Sequence record: DRR723986_6729
DNA: 48,665 bases
Reading direction: 5' to 3' (one strand)
The translations under genes were made by a program, and so were the position numbers. Shown one piece after another: positions 1-9,479 of this stretch (position 1 is its first letter; each line of letters starts with the position of its first letter). The notes beneath the pieces were generated by a model. It was not told the origin of the DNA and searched no databases. It was given only the letters and a program-made list of their open reading frames with translations.

Positions 1-99
1 CTTATCTGGTCGGAAGACCGATGACCGAAGTGAACTCAAATATAATTTTGAACAAATTCTAGGTTGCTTTTCCCTCTTTATTGATAGAAAAAGCGGATA
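1..99. repeat. Partial copy (cut by the window edge) of a dispersed intergenic repeat also found at 10394-10491
   Basis: Hand alignment to 10394-10491: 32/39 identities over the first 39 nt, colinear ATTCT..TTGCTTTT block, shared terminal AAAAGCGGATA. Confidence 0.7.
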
Positions 100-208
100 T
101 ACATAAAACGTAAATATAAGATTCCATTGCTGGCATGTCTTTTTATGTAAATCAGTGGGTAGAAAATAGTTTTTCTGCTCTACAGAATTGATTTAGGCAA
201 TCCAACTT

Positions 209-925
209 ATGAGCGATCAAGCAATCTCCCAAGTCAGTACAGTTACTTTGTTAAGATTTCAAGGATCTAATACCTTCTGGATTTTTGCTCAGATGCCGAA
301 AGCTCCAAAAAAATTCGAAAAGGTATCCGGACTGAAATTTTTCAAACTAATGGGAAGTGGGGGGAAAAATGGTTTTTCTAAAATGCTGAATGTCAATATC
401 TATGCGCTTCACTGTGTCTGGGATTCAGAAAAGCATGCGAATGATTTTTTTCAGAGATCAACGATTTTTTCAGAATTTAAAAATAGAACAACCGAGCTGT
501 TTACTATCTTCTTGAAGGCCACCAGAGCACATGGCCTTTGGTCAGGATCAAACCCTTATCAAACTCAGAACTTAACCCCTACTGGACCTATTGCAGTAAT
601 CACCAGGGCTAGGATAAAATTAAAGTTTCTCCCAAAATTCTGGAGTAAAGTACCCTCTTTGGGAAAAAAAGTCGATAAGGTCAATGGCTCAATTTATTCA
701 ATTGGAATAGGCGAATATCCATGGTTTATGCAGGCAACTTTTAGCATTTGGGAATCATACGATGCTATGCACAACTATGCCTATGGAAATCCACTTCACC
801 TCGAAGTAATCAAAAAAACACGAGAGCTTGGCTGGTACGCAGAAGAACTCTTTGCAAATTTTATCCCCTACAAAACTGAAGGGACTTGGGGTAAATTACA
901 TGATCAATTGAACGGTAAATTATAA
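209..925 (+). CDS. crtA: Spheroidene monooxygenase CrtA-like / DUF3291 protein
   Basis: FFKLMGSGGKNGFS, GIGEYPWFMQATFSIWES and H..VI..TR..GWY.EELFA.F motifs typical of CrtA. Confidence 0.75.
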   Translation: MSDQAISQVSTVTLLRFQGSNTFWIFAQMPKAPKKFEKVSGLKFFKLMGSGGKNGFSKMLNVNIYALHCVWDSEKHANDFFQRSTIFSEFKNRTTELFTIFLKATRAHGLWSGSNPYQTQNLTPTGPIAVITRARIKLKFLPKFWSKVPSLGKKVDKVNGSIYSIGIGEYPWFMQATFSIWESYDAMHNYAYGNPLHLEVIKKTRELGWYAEELFANFIPYKTEGTWGKLHDQLNGKL

Positions 926-932
926 GCTTATA

Positions 933-970
933 AAAAGTAAGGGTGAGCGATTTTTCACCCTTACACTAAA
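933..970. terminator. Bidirectional intrinsic terminator between convergent genes
   Basis: GTAAGGGTGA...TCACCCTTAC stem with an A-run on the left. Confidence 0.65.
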
Positions 971-2587
971 ATTCATCTCTGGCTGCCTTAAACTCACTGC
1001 CATCATACCATTTCGGGAAGTAATCCTCATTCGCGACTTTCATTCCTACCTCAAAAAATAGCTGTAAATCCAATTGTACTCCGTTAAGATTGGTAGTTGA
1101 TGGATCGTATGCGTCAGAGGGTTGATGATATTTATTGATTCGATAGTTATCATTATGCTCTTTTATCTCGGCTATTGTGTAATCAATCCCTCATAAGAGC
1201 CGCTAGCGTATAAAGCTGGAATTCCGATTTTGGCAAAGTTGAAGTGATCAGATCTGAAGAAATAACCTTTTTCGGCTTCAGGGTCTGGGATGATATACCT
1301 TCCTTGTGCCAGAGCAACTTCCTTAGCATATTCATCCATTTCTGATTGACCATAGCCAGTTATCGTAAGGTCCTTCATCTTTCCAGGACTATCAAGTGCA
1401 TCAATGTTGATATTTGCAACTGTCTTCTTTGGATCAAAAATTGGGTTTTCTGCATAATAAGCTGATCCCAATAAGCCTTGCTCCTCACCTGTCAAGGCGA
1501 TAAATACTACAGAGCGTTGGGTTGCAATAGTTTTCTTAAATGCCTCTGCAATAGCTAATAAGCCAGCAGTTCCTGAAGCGTTATCTACAGCGCCATTGTA
1601 GATGGAGTCACCTTCTATTGCTTTACCAACTCCAAAATGATCCCAATGTGCAGAGTAAATAATCACCTCATCTTTTCTATCAGTACCGGGAATCATAGCC
1701 ACCACATTTTTAGAAACATCCTTTTTGATCGCATTCTGAATAGAAACTGATACCTTCAAATCCAATGGAATTGGTTTAAAGTTTTGATCCCGGGAAAGGG
1801 TTTTATAGTCCTGACCTTTCATTGACGAAGCTTCAAACATTTTCGCAGCACTTTCCCCACTGATCCATGACTCGACATTTAGCTGTGGTAAAGCGCTTTC
1901 TATAATTAATCGGGCTCCTGTCCAACCTGATTCAATAACATTCCAACCGTAAGAAGCAGGTTCGGTATCGTGAATAATAATTAATCCAGCTGCACCTTGT
2001 CTTGCCGCCTCCTCATACTTATAAGTCCATCGGCCATAGTAAGTCATTTCATTGCCTTTGAATAAAGTAGAATCTCCTGACTGAAAGCCTGGATCATTTA
2101 TCAGCACAACAGCCGTTTTGCCTTTCCAATCAATCCCTTCATAGTCATTCCAACCGTATTCCGGAGCCACTATCCCATATCCTGCAAAAACAAGCTCTGA
2201 GTTATCAAGACTGACCTTGGACTCTATTCTGTTCGTCGTAGCTACAAAATCCTTTAAAACAGTTAATTCAACGCTCCCTTTATTACCAGAAATCATCATC
2301 TTTTCTGAAGGAGTACCTGTGATTTCGACCATAGGCACATCCTGGAAAAAACTATCTCCATTCCCTGGCACAAGACCTAATTTCTCGAATTCATCTTTCA
2401 GATAATTCACTGTTTTGACTTCTCCTTCTGTAAATGGTTTTCTTCCCAAAAACTCATCGGAAGCTAGACGTGCTATATGATCACTAATGGTAGATTCGTC
2501 TACCTCAGTCACCTTTGCGATCTTATTCGAATCTGCATCACAGCTAGCGAAAACGACTAGTACAAAAAATAGTAAGTGGCTCTTCAT
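966..2587 (-). pseudogene. M28 family (PA-domain) lipoprotein aminopeptidase interrupted by a 1-nt frameshift near 1185 (pseudogene or sequencing error)
   Basis: ORF 1172-2587 has a lipobox (FASC), SAHWDH, GAVDNASG, GEEQGLLGS and RSDHFNF. The missing C-terminus (YHQPSD...PKWYDGSEFKAARDEF*) continues in another frame at 1184-966. Confidence 0.85.
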
Positions 2588-2748
2588 GATTTATCGTTTA
2601 AGTAAAAGAACATAGTGCTTATTCCAGCGACAATGGAATCTACTAATGGTGAATAAGTTACTTGAAATAACTGAGAATTGAATAGAAGGATTAGTAACAT
2701 CGCAACTGCCAGCCCATTTTTCCAATTCCCTTTCTACTGAGAATCCCT

Positions 2749-2756
2749 TATTTTTG
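2749..2756 (+). promoter_or_regulatory. Bacteroidota -7 promoter element for hrpB
   Basis: TATTTTTG matches TAnnTTTG and ends 6 nt before the ATG at 2763. Confidence 0.5.
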
Positions 2757-2762
2757 CATCCC

Positions 2763-5249
2763 ATGCTCGAAAATTTTGATTCCCTTTCTTTTGATCTCCC
2801 TGTTTCGGAGATTATTCCTCAAGTTAAATCCCAGCTTTCTTCCGCTAATTCTTTGATTATCCAAGCGCCTCCTGGGGCTGGAAAGAGCACGCTGCTTCCG
2901 CTGACTTTACTGGATGAGCCTTGGCTAGCTGGTAAGAAGATCATAATGCTGGAGCCAAGAAGACTGGCCACAAAGACGATTGCCCAGCGAATGGCTTCTA
3001 TGACGGATACCCAATTGGGTGATCTGATAGGTTATAGAATCAGATTTGAATCGGCTATTTCTGCTAATACAAGATTGGAAGTTATTACTGAAGGTATTTT
3101 GACGCGCATGCTGCATTCAGATAACGCGTTGGAGGATGTGGGATTGGTGATCTTTGATGAGTTTCATGAGCGCAATCTTCACTCTGAAGTTGCGCTGGCA
3201 CTTTGCCGGGAAGTGCAGCAAGTTCTGAGACCTGATCTTCGGATTTTGTTAATGTCTGCTACAATCGATGCGAAAGTCCTCTCGGGCATGCTTAAGTCTA
3301 CAGTAATCGAGAGTAAAGGTCGGCAGTATCCTGTGGAAGTGAATTACATGAATGAGTTGGATGAATATGCTATCGGAGAGGATGCTGCGAGACAGATTAT
3401 TCCTTTGACCAAAGTTCATGAGGGTGATTTCTTAGTGTTTTTACCTGGTCAAGGGGAAATCCGAAAGGCTCAGGAAATTCTACGAAAAGCGCTTCCAGAT
3501 GATCTCATATTGCCTCTTTATGGTCAGCTTTCGCCAGGAGATCAGAACAGAGCGATCATGCCTCACCCTTCGGGAAAAAGGAAAATTGTACTTTCTACTG
3601 ACATTGCTGAGACTTCATTAACTATTGAAGGAGTGAAAGTGGTGGTAGATTCAGGGTTTGCCAAATCATCTAGATTTGATCCAAGGTCTGGTTTATCAAG
3701 ACTGGTTTTGCATAGAATCAGCAAGGATTCTGCTGATCAAAGGTCCGGCCGAGCAGGACGATTGACTGCTGGTCATTCCTATAGATTATGGACTAAATCC
3801 ATTCAAAATCAACTGAATGAGTATAGAACTCCAGAATTGATGGAAGCTGACTTGACTGGTTTGGTGCTGGATATGAAAGCTTGGGGCAAACAGGATATTC
3901 GCTCCATGACTTGGCTTACACCTCCTCCAGCTGGAACTTTGGCTTTGGCAGAAAAAACATTGGAATCCATAGAAGCTATTGTAGATGGTGAGCTAACACC
4001 ACACGGTAATGAAATTCATAAGTTACCAACACACCCGCGAATTGCGCACATGCTAATCAATGCAGAAGAGATTGATCAGTTAGGTTTGGCTACAGATATA
4101 GCAGCTATTCTGGATGAGCGCGATCCGCTGGGGCCTGATGCTGGGGTGGATTTGAATCTAAGAATTGAAGCACTTCGCCGATATAGGAAACATGATGTAG
4201 CTATCCCTCGCATTAAAAAGATTGAAAAGATGGCGGGTTCTTACCGTCGCATGTTCAATATTCAGCCCGACAATAGTCCTGTTGATCCATGGCAAACAGG
4301 TCTACTCCTAGCCTATGCTTATCCTGAGCGAATCGCTGCAGCTCGTCCAGGAAATAATGCTCAATTTCAATTAGCCAATGGAAAAATAGCCCAAATTGGA
4401 CATAAGGATGATCTGGCTCATGAGTCTTGGCTTGCTGTGGCTCATGTAGATGCTCGGGAAGGAATGGGGAAAATCTGGATGGCTGCTCCAATTAATCCAA
4501 AGGACTTGGCCCCTATGTTGAAAACCAAAGAAGTGCTGAAATGGGATAGAAAAAAAGGTGGATTGCAAGCACATGCTGAGATTCGGATTGGATCGATTAT
4601 CCTTGGTACTAGACCATTGGCAAAGTATTCCGATGGAGACGTGACAGAAGCAATTCTAGAGGCGATCCGCGAGGATGGAGAGTATTTGCTTGATTTCAAT
4701 GAAGATGTAGAGCAATTGATTTTGCGAGTGCAAAACTTAAAAAGCTGGTATCCTGAGCAATCTTGGCCTAGCTGGTCAGTAGCCGAACTATGTGAAAAAC
4801 CAGAAGTTTGGATCGCTCCATATTTACAGCACATCACGAAAAATGAGGATTTCAAAAAGTTAAACCTGAGTCAAATACTTTTACACTCTCTTGATTTTGA
4901 GCAACAAAAGGAACTCGATAAGCTTGCACCAGCAAGCATTGAGGTGCCATCTGGCAGTAAAATAAAATTGCAATACCGTAAGGATGAAATCCCGCTTCTA
5001 GCCGTAAGACTTCAAGAACTTTTCGGTTTGCTAGAAACCCCAACTGTCAATAGTGGCAAAGTAAAGGTGCTGATTGAGATGTTATCACCAGGATATAAGC
5101 CAGTTCAACTCACGCAGGATCTTAAAAGCTTTTGGCAAAATGGGTATTATGAAGTGAAGAAAGAACTAAAAAGACGCTATCCAAAGCATGAATGGCCTGA
5201 AGACCCAATAGCAGCCGAAGCTGTTAGAGGTGTTAAAAAGAAGTATTGA
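2763..5249 (+). CDS. hrpB: ATP-dependent DEAH-box RNA helicase HrpB (ATG 2763 preferred over TTG 2754)
   Basis: APPGAGKST, DEFHER, MSAT, QRSGRAGR and the HrpB C-terminus LLAVRLQELFG..SFW..GY.EVKKELKRRYPKH.WP. Confidence 0.95.
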   Translation: MLENFDSLSFDLPVSEIIPQVKSQLSSANSLIIQAPPGAGKSTLLPLTLLDEPWLAGKKIIMLEPRRLATKTIAQRMASMTDTQLGDLIGYRIRFESAISANTRLEVITEGILTRMLHSDNALEDVGLVIFDEFHERNLHSEVALALCREVQQVLRPDLRILLMSATIDAKVLSGMLKSTVIESKGRQYPVEVNYMNELDEYAIGEDAARQIIPLTKVHEGDFLVFLPGQGEIRKAQEILRKALPDDLILPLYGQLSPGDQNRAIMPHPSGKRKIVLSTDIAETSLTIEGVKVVVDSGFAKSSRFDPRSGLSRLVLHRISKDSADQRSGRAGRLTAGHSYRLWTKSIQNQLNEYRTPELMEADLTGLVLDMKAWGKQDIRSMTWLTPPPAGTLALAEKTLESIEAIVDGELTPHGNEIHKLPTHPRIAHMLINAEEIDQLGLATDIAAILDERDPLGPDAGVDLNLRIEALRRYRKHDVAIPRIKKIEKMAGSYRRMFNIQPDNSPVDPWQTGLLLAYAYPERIAAARPGNNAQFQLANGKIAQIGHKDDLAHESWLAVAHVDAREGMGKIWMAAPINPKDLAPMLKTKEVLKWDRKKGGLQAHAEIRIGSIILGTRPLAKYSDGDVTEAILEAIREDGEYLLDFNEDVEQLILRVQNLKSWYPEQSWPSWSVAELCEKPEVWIAPYLQHITKNEDFKKLNLSQILLHSLDFEQQKELDKLAPASIEVPSGSKIKLQYRKDEIPLLAVRLQELFGLLETPTVNSGKVKVLIEMLSPGYKPVQLTQDLKSFWQNGYYEVKKELKRRYPKHEWPEDPIAAEAVRGVKKKY

Positions 5250-5251
5250 CT

Positions 5252-5884
5252 TTAGGCAGCAACAGGATTAAAGTTATCCAAGTAGTTCAGGAATTGAAGG
5301 AAGGCTGCTATAGTAAATGGTGTCATTTCTTCAGAATTGATCTTCTCGAGGAAGGACTGTCTTAGAATAGGGTAATCTTCCGGATTGTAGAGTTTACTTA
5401 ACGCAGTAGATCTAAAGGCTGACTCTACCATATTGTAATTTTCAAATGAACCTTCCTTATGATTTAAAAATTCCTGCTCGAGTACATAGGGATCAATCAT
5501 TTGATCTAGCCATCTGAAACCTGTTGTTAGAAAGAAATTTTCTATTGAATAAACTAATTCAGAAAGTTGCTTTTCATTTGATACCCTGATTTTACGTGGG
5601 TAAAAATTCCCCAAATTGTTGGCCGTTCGCGCCAAGGTAATGGATTGTTCAGCATAGTCATCAGGAGTTGGAAGGTACTTTTTAACCAATTCTTCCACTT
5701 CATTTATACGAATTCCCAAATGATATTCAACCCAACTCTCGTTAGAACCTTCTACAAAATGAACGTAAACTATCTGTTTTCCATGAGGAAAAACCTTTTC
5801 AAAGAACAATTGTGATTGATTTAATTCAAATCCATTTTCCTTGAAAAATTCCGAGTGTAGACAAATAACATCCTTTTTCCTCAT
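5252..5884 (-). CDS. Hypothetical protein (likely start ATG 5884; ORF track extends to 5929)
   Basis: Long ORF with normal composition and no recognised motif. Confidence 0.7.
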   Translation of the reverse strand: MRKKDVICLHSEFFKENGFELNQSQLFFEKVFPHGKQIVYVHFVEGSNESWVEYHLGIRINEVEELVKKYLPTPDDYAEQSITLARTANNLGNFYPRKIRVSNEKQLSELVYSIENFFLTTGFRWLDQMIDPYVLEQEFLNHKEGSFENYNMVESAFRSTALSKLYNPEDYPILRQSFLEKINSEEMTPFTIAAFLQFLNYLDNFNPVAA

Positions 5885-5935
5885 TACAACATTCCTTTTT
5901 TGTATTATAAAAACACAATAATCAGGCAAATGTTG

Positions 5936-6463
5936 TTAGTCCTCTGTAAATAATTCCCGAATTTCTTCCAAGATGGGTTCTACTTCTAATTTTTTTAATT
6001 GAAGACTTCCTTCGTCTTCTGGATTGTGCAGGTAATGGTTCCAATGTTTTTCAGCCTTTCGAAGTGTTCGCGGAGTCATATCGAATTCCACTTCATCCAA
6101 ATACATCTTAGCCAATGCTTGAGCTTTGAAATTGCCAAAGAGAAATACTCTAAAAATATCCACAAAACGAAGGCTTAAATCGAATTCCTCCAAAATTTGA
6201 ACAAAGGCTCCTTGATGAGCTCTATTTTTTTTGTCTGTAATAGCCTCAAAAATCGCATCAAGAGACTCTTCATTGTATGGTGATTGGGAAAGTGCTCGAC
6301 AAGCTAAGTAAGAAACCTCCCAGTTGTCCCCTTTAACCAGCTCAATGACCGCGTTCTTTCCGGTTTCGTCAAGTTTTTTTCCCAATTTATCTGCAAAGTA
6401 AAAAGCCTCCTTTTCATTAGGATCGCTCATGCGCTTAATCAAGCTTTGGATTTCCTCGTCCAT
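5936..6463 (-). CDS. HEAT-repeat-like alpha-helical protein
   Basis: AFYFADKLG..VIELVK..WEVSYLACRALS pattern of short helical repeats. Confidence 0.65.
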   Translation of the reverse strand: MDEEIQSLIKRMSDPNEKEAFYFADKLGKKLDETGKNAVIELVKGDNWEVSYLACRALSQSPYNEESLDAIFEAITDKKNRAHQGAFVQILEEFDLSLRFVDIFRVFLFGNFKAQALAKMYLDEVEFDMTPRTLRKAEKHWNHYLHNPEDEGSLQLKKLEVEPILEEIRELFTED

Positions 6464-6511
6464 GATTTTTCGGTTTATTTGTGCAAATATAATTGAAAAG
6501 CCTCCCCCGAT

Positions 6512-7222
6512 ATGATTTCCGGCAATCCTAAGTTAATTAGTCTTGAAAAGTACCAGTCAATTCTGGATCTCAGCACAAGGCTAGGATTGATTTGCTCTTT
6601 TGAAAAAGCCAAGCACCAGTGGATAATATCGGATTCTGAGTCTTGGCTAGCCCGGGTTTCCCTTCCTTGGAATAGGTCGCCTAACAAATCCGGCGAACTG
6701 GAATTAAAAGATGATTTTCATTTAGGGTTAGTAATGATCCGCGCTGGAATAGCAGTTACAGGCTATTTTCATAATGGTGAAATGCTGGATCATAAAGTTT
6801 TCCGAGCTTATATGGTTCGGCAAAAACAAGGAAAAAGTCAGATCAAATATTTAAAGACTAAGGGTAAATCGAGAGCAGGATCTCGACTGAGATTGGGAGA
6901 ATCTGAGCAGTTTTTCGAGGAAATCAATCAGCGACTCCAACAATACGAGAAGAATTATGCGATATCAACGTGGGGTATCAGTTGTGGAAAAACGCTCTGG
7001 CCTTATTTCTTTGGAAGTGAAACACCGACCCCGTTTTCCAAGAATGCAGAAAATTTAATAAGTATTCCGTTTCATGTGCAGCAACCTGATTTTGAGACTT
7101 TACAAGCAATTCATAAGAAGTTGACTGGAGTTCATTTATTGCTTTCTGATAAAGGTCAAGAGATCTTTAGAAAGTTGGACGATATAAATCAAAGTGCTGA
7201 AAATGAGGATAATAATTGGTAA
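6512..7222 (+). CDS. Bacteroidetes VLRF1 (Vms1/ANKZF1-like, eRF1-fold) release factor homologue
   Basis: HKVFRAYMVRQKQGKSQ..KGKSRAGSRLR matches the Vms1/ANKZF1 signature (HK.F.RY..R.KQG.SQ...SAGS.LR). Confidence 0.8.
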   Translation: MISGNPKLISLEKYQSILDLSTRLGLICSFEKAKHQWIISDSESWLARVSLPWNRSPNKSGELELKDDFHLGLVMIRAGIAVTGYFHNGEMLDHKVFRAYMVRQKQGKSQIKYLKTKGKSRAGSRLRLGESEQFFEEINQRLQQYEKNYAISTWGISCGKTLWPYFFGSETPTPFSKNAENLISIPFHVQQPDFETLQAIHKKLTGVHLLLSDKGQEIFRKLDDINQSAENEDNNW

Positions 7223-7469
7223 TTGATAAATAACGTAGGTCATTTATTAATATCCATGAGCCTCTTAGTCAAGTAAATGATCTGATACGTTTTATGGCCT
7301 GAATGGTCCATGCTTTTTCAATTGACTTGGATCCTTGTAAATTTTTAATCTATTCAAAACTATAATTCAATAGAGTGTAATTTGAAATGATTTCCCTTTT
7401 GACTCATTGTTAAGCACTTTACTTTAGCGGATCGAAGTAAAAATCTTTAATTCATCTCACCCTTTTCCA

Positions 7470-8918
7470 ATGATCAACAACAGCAATAAATTCAATTGGC
7501 TTCTTGTTTTTGTTTTTGCCATTTCACTAAGAACTTCAGCACAGAATACTCTTCATCCTACTTCATCTGAATATCAATACCCCACAGATGTAAAGGTTGC
7601 GGAGAAATTGGAACAATGGAGAGATCAGAAATTTGGAATCCTGATTCACTGGGGCATCTATGCCGTACCAGGAATAGTAGAATCATGGAGCATCAATAAT
7701 GAGGATTGGATCAATAGAAAAGATACAACTCAGAGCTATGAAGACTACAAAAAATGGTATTGGGGCTTAAGTGAAAAGTTCAATCCTCAAGGTTTTGATC
7801 CTTCACAATGGGCAGATGCCGCTGAAAAAGCAGGAATGAAATACGTGGTTTTCACTACAAAGCATCACGATGGCTTCAATATGTATGACACCCAATTTGC
7901 TGATTACAAGATTTCCAACGGGCCATTCAAAAATCACCCGAAAGCTGACGTTGCTAAGTATGTATTTGATGCATTTAGTGAAAAGGATATGATGATTGGG
8001 GCGTACTATTCTAAGCCTGACTGGCATTCCCAGTATTACTGGTGGGATTATCGTGCTACTCCAGACCGAAATGTAAATTATGACATTCGAAAGCATCCTT
8101 GGAGATGGAATCAATATGTGCAGTTCACCCATAATCAATTGAATGAAATCACGTCAAACTATGGAGACATTGATATCCTATGGCTAGATGGTGGCTGGGT
8201 ACGACCAAAATCTACAGTAAACGAGGAAGTACTCAGTTGGGGCGCACCAATTCCTGATTTTGATCAGCAAATCGACATGCCGAAAGTGGCTGAAATGGTA
8301 CGAGAAAACCAAGAAGGAATATTAATAGTGGATAGGACAGTTCATGGACCATTCGAAAACTATAGAACGCCAGAGCAGGGAATACCGTCTGAAATGTCTT
8401 CTGATCCATGGGAAAGCTGCATCACCCTTGGCGGTGCTTGGGGCTATGTGCCAAATGATAAGTTCAAACCATCACGAAAAGTAATTCATCTATTAATTGA
8501 AATTGTAGCCAAAGGTGGAAACTTATTGTTGGGCGTTGGTCCTACAGCAGATGGACTTTTTCTACCTGAGCAGGTTTCTAGATTAGAGGAGATTGGAAAG
8601 TGGCTGGAAGTGAATGGTGATGGGATATATAATACGCGTGCCATTGAAAATTTTCAGGATGGCAAACTTTACTTCACCCAAGGAAAAGCCAAGGAACTAT
8701 ATGCTTTGCTTCCATTGGAGGAGAATGAAGAACTAGAAGACACCATCTCTTGGAGTCTTAATCCGCCAAAAAAAGGAAGTAAAATCACTATTCTTGGTGA
8801 GAATAAATCTTTGAAATGGAAAACCGAAGACGGAAAAACTGTAGTTACTGTTCCAAAGAACTTGCGGGAAAAACTAGCAAATTCTCCTGCAATTGTGATA
8901 TGTTACATTTCAGAATAA
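7470..8918 (+). CDS. Alpha-L-fucosidase (GH29), secreted
   Basis: KFGILIHWGIYAV, TTKHHDGF, ILWLDGGW, GGNLLLGVGP; N-terminal signal peptide. Confidence 0.92.
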   Translation: MINNSNKFNWLLVFVFAISLRTSAQNTLHPTSSEYQYPTDVKVAEKLEQWRDQKFGILIHWGIYAVPGIVESWSINNEDWINRKDTTQSYEDYKKWYWGLSEKFNPQGFDPSQWADAAEKAGMKYVVFTTKHHDGFNMYDTQFADYKISNGPFKNHPKADVAKYVFDAFSEKDMMIGAYYSKPDWHSQYYWWDYRATPDRNVNYDIRKHPWRWNQYVQFTHNQLNEITSNYGDIDILWLDGGWVRPKSTVNEEVLSWGAPIPDFDQQIDMPKVAEMVRENQEGILIVDRTVHGPFENYRTPEQGIPSEMSSDPWESCITLGGAWGYVPNDKFKPSRKVIHLLIEIVAKGGNLLLGVGPTADGLFLPEQVSRLEEIGKWLEVNGDGIYNTRAIENFQDGKLYFTQGKAKELYALLPLEENEELEDTISWSLNPPKKGSKITILGENKSLKWKTEDGKTVVTVPKNLREKLANSPAIVICYISE

Positions 8919-8958
8919 AGTGAGTCTTACTGCTAAAATTCAAACAAGAGATCATAAA

Positions 8959-9414
8959 ATGGAATTGACTACAGTTATAAAGACCTTTGAGGAGCTCAGT
9001 AGTAAGGAATTATATGCTATCATCAGGCTCCGCAATGATGTGTTTGTTGTAGAGCAAAATTGTGTCTTTCAAGATGCAGATAATAAGGATCAAGTAGCCG
9101 ATCATGTGATGATCATGTCAGATGATTATTTAGTAGCTTATTCTAGAATATTGCCAGCAGGAGCTTCCTTTCCTGAAGTTTCCATAGGGAGAGTAGTGAG
9201 TGATATAAAAGCACGTGGCATAGGTGCCGGACGAAGGTTGATGCAAGAATCTCTCGTCTTTATAGCAAGAAAATATGGTTCTTGTTCAGTAAGGATTGGA
9301 GCGCAAACATATCTTAATGAATTTTATAAGTCCTTTGGATTTGAAAATGCAGGAGAAACATACTTGGAAGATGGCATAGAGCACATAGAAATGACGACTC
9401 ACGTTAAAGATTAA
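8959..9414 (+). CDS. elaA: ElaA-family GNAT N-acetyltransferase (ORF track starts at 8920)
   Basis: LYAIIRLRNDVFVVEQNC, SIGRVV, IGAQTYL, YLEDGIEHIEM. Confidence 0.85.
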   Translation: MELTTVIKTFEELSSKELYAIIRLRNDVFVVEQNCVFQDADNKDQVADHVMIMSDDYLVAYSRILPAGASFPEVSIGRVVSDIKARGIGAGRRLMQESLVFIARKYGSCSVRIGAQTYLNEFYKSFGFENAGETYLEDGIEHIEMTTHVKD

Positions 9415-9479
9415 CACATGGTATCACACAAATCTATTTCAAGCTAACTACCTAAAACGAACAATCCCCACATAGGCTT

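Noticed and set aside
1172-1200. Programmed ribosomal frameshift in the M28 gene
   Set aside because: No slippery heptamer, long homopolymer or stimulatory structure is evident. A simple 1-nt deletion explains it.
7223-7469. Possible small ORF or gene relic between bVLRF1 and the fucosidase
   Set aside because: Only frames of about 25 codons with no convincing motif were found.
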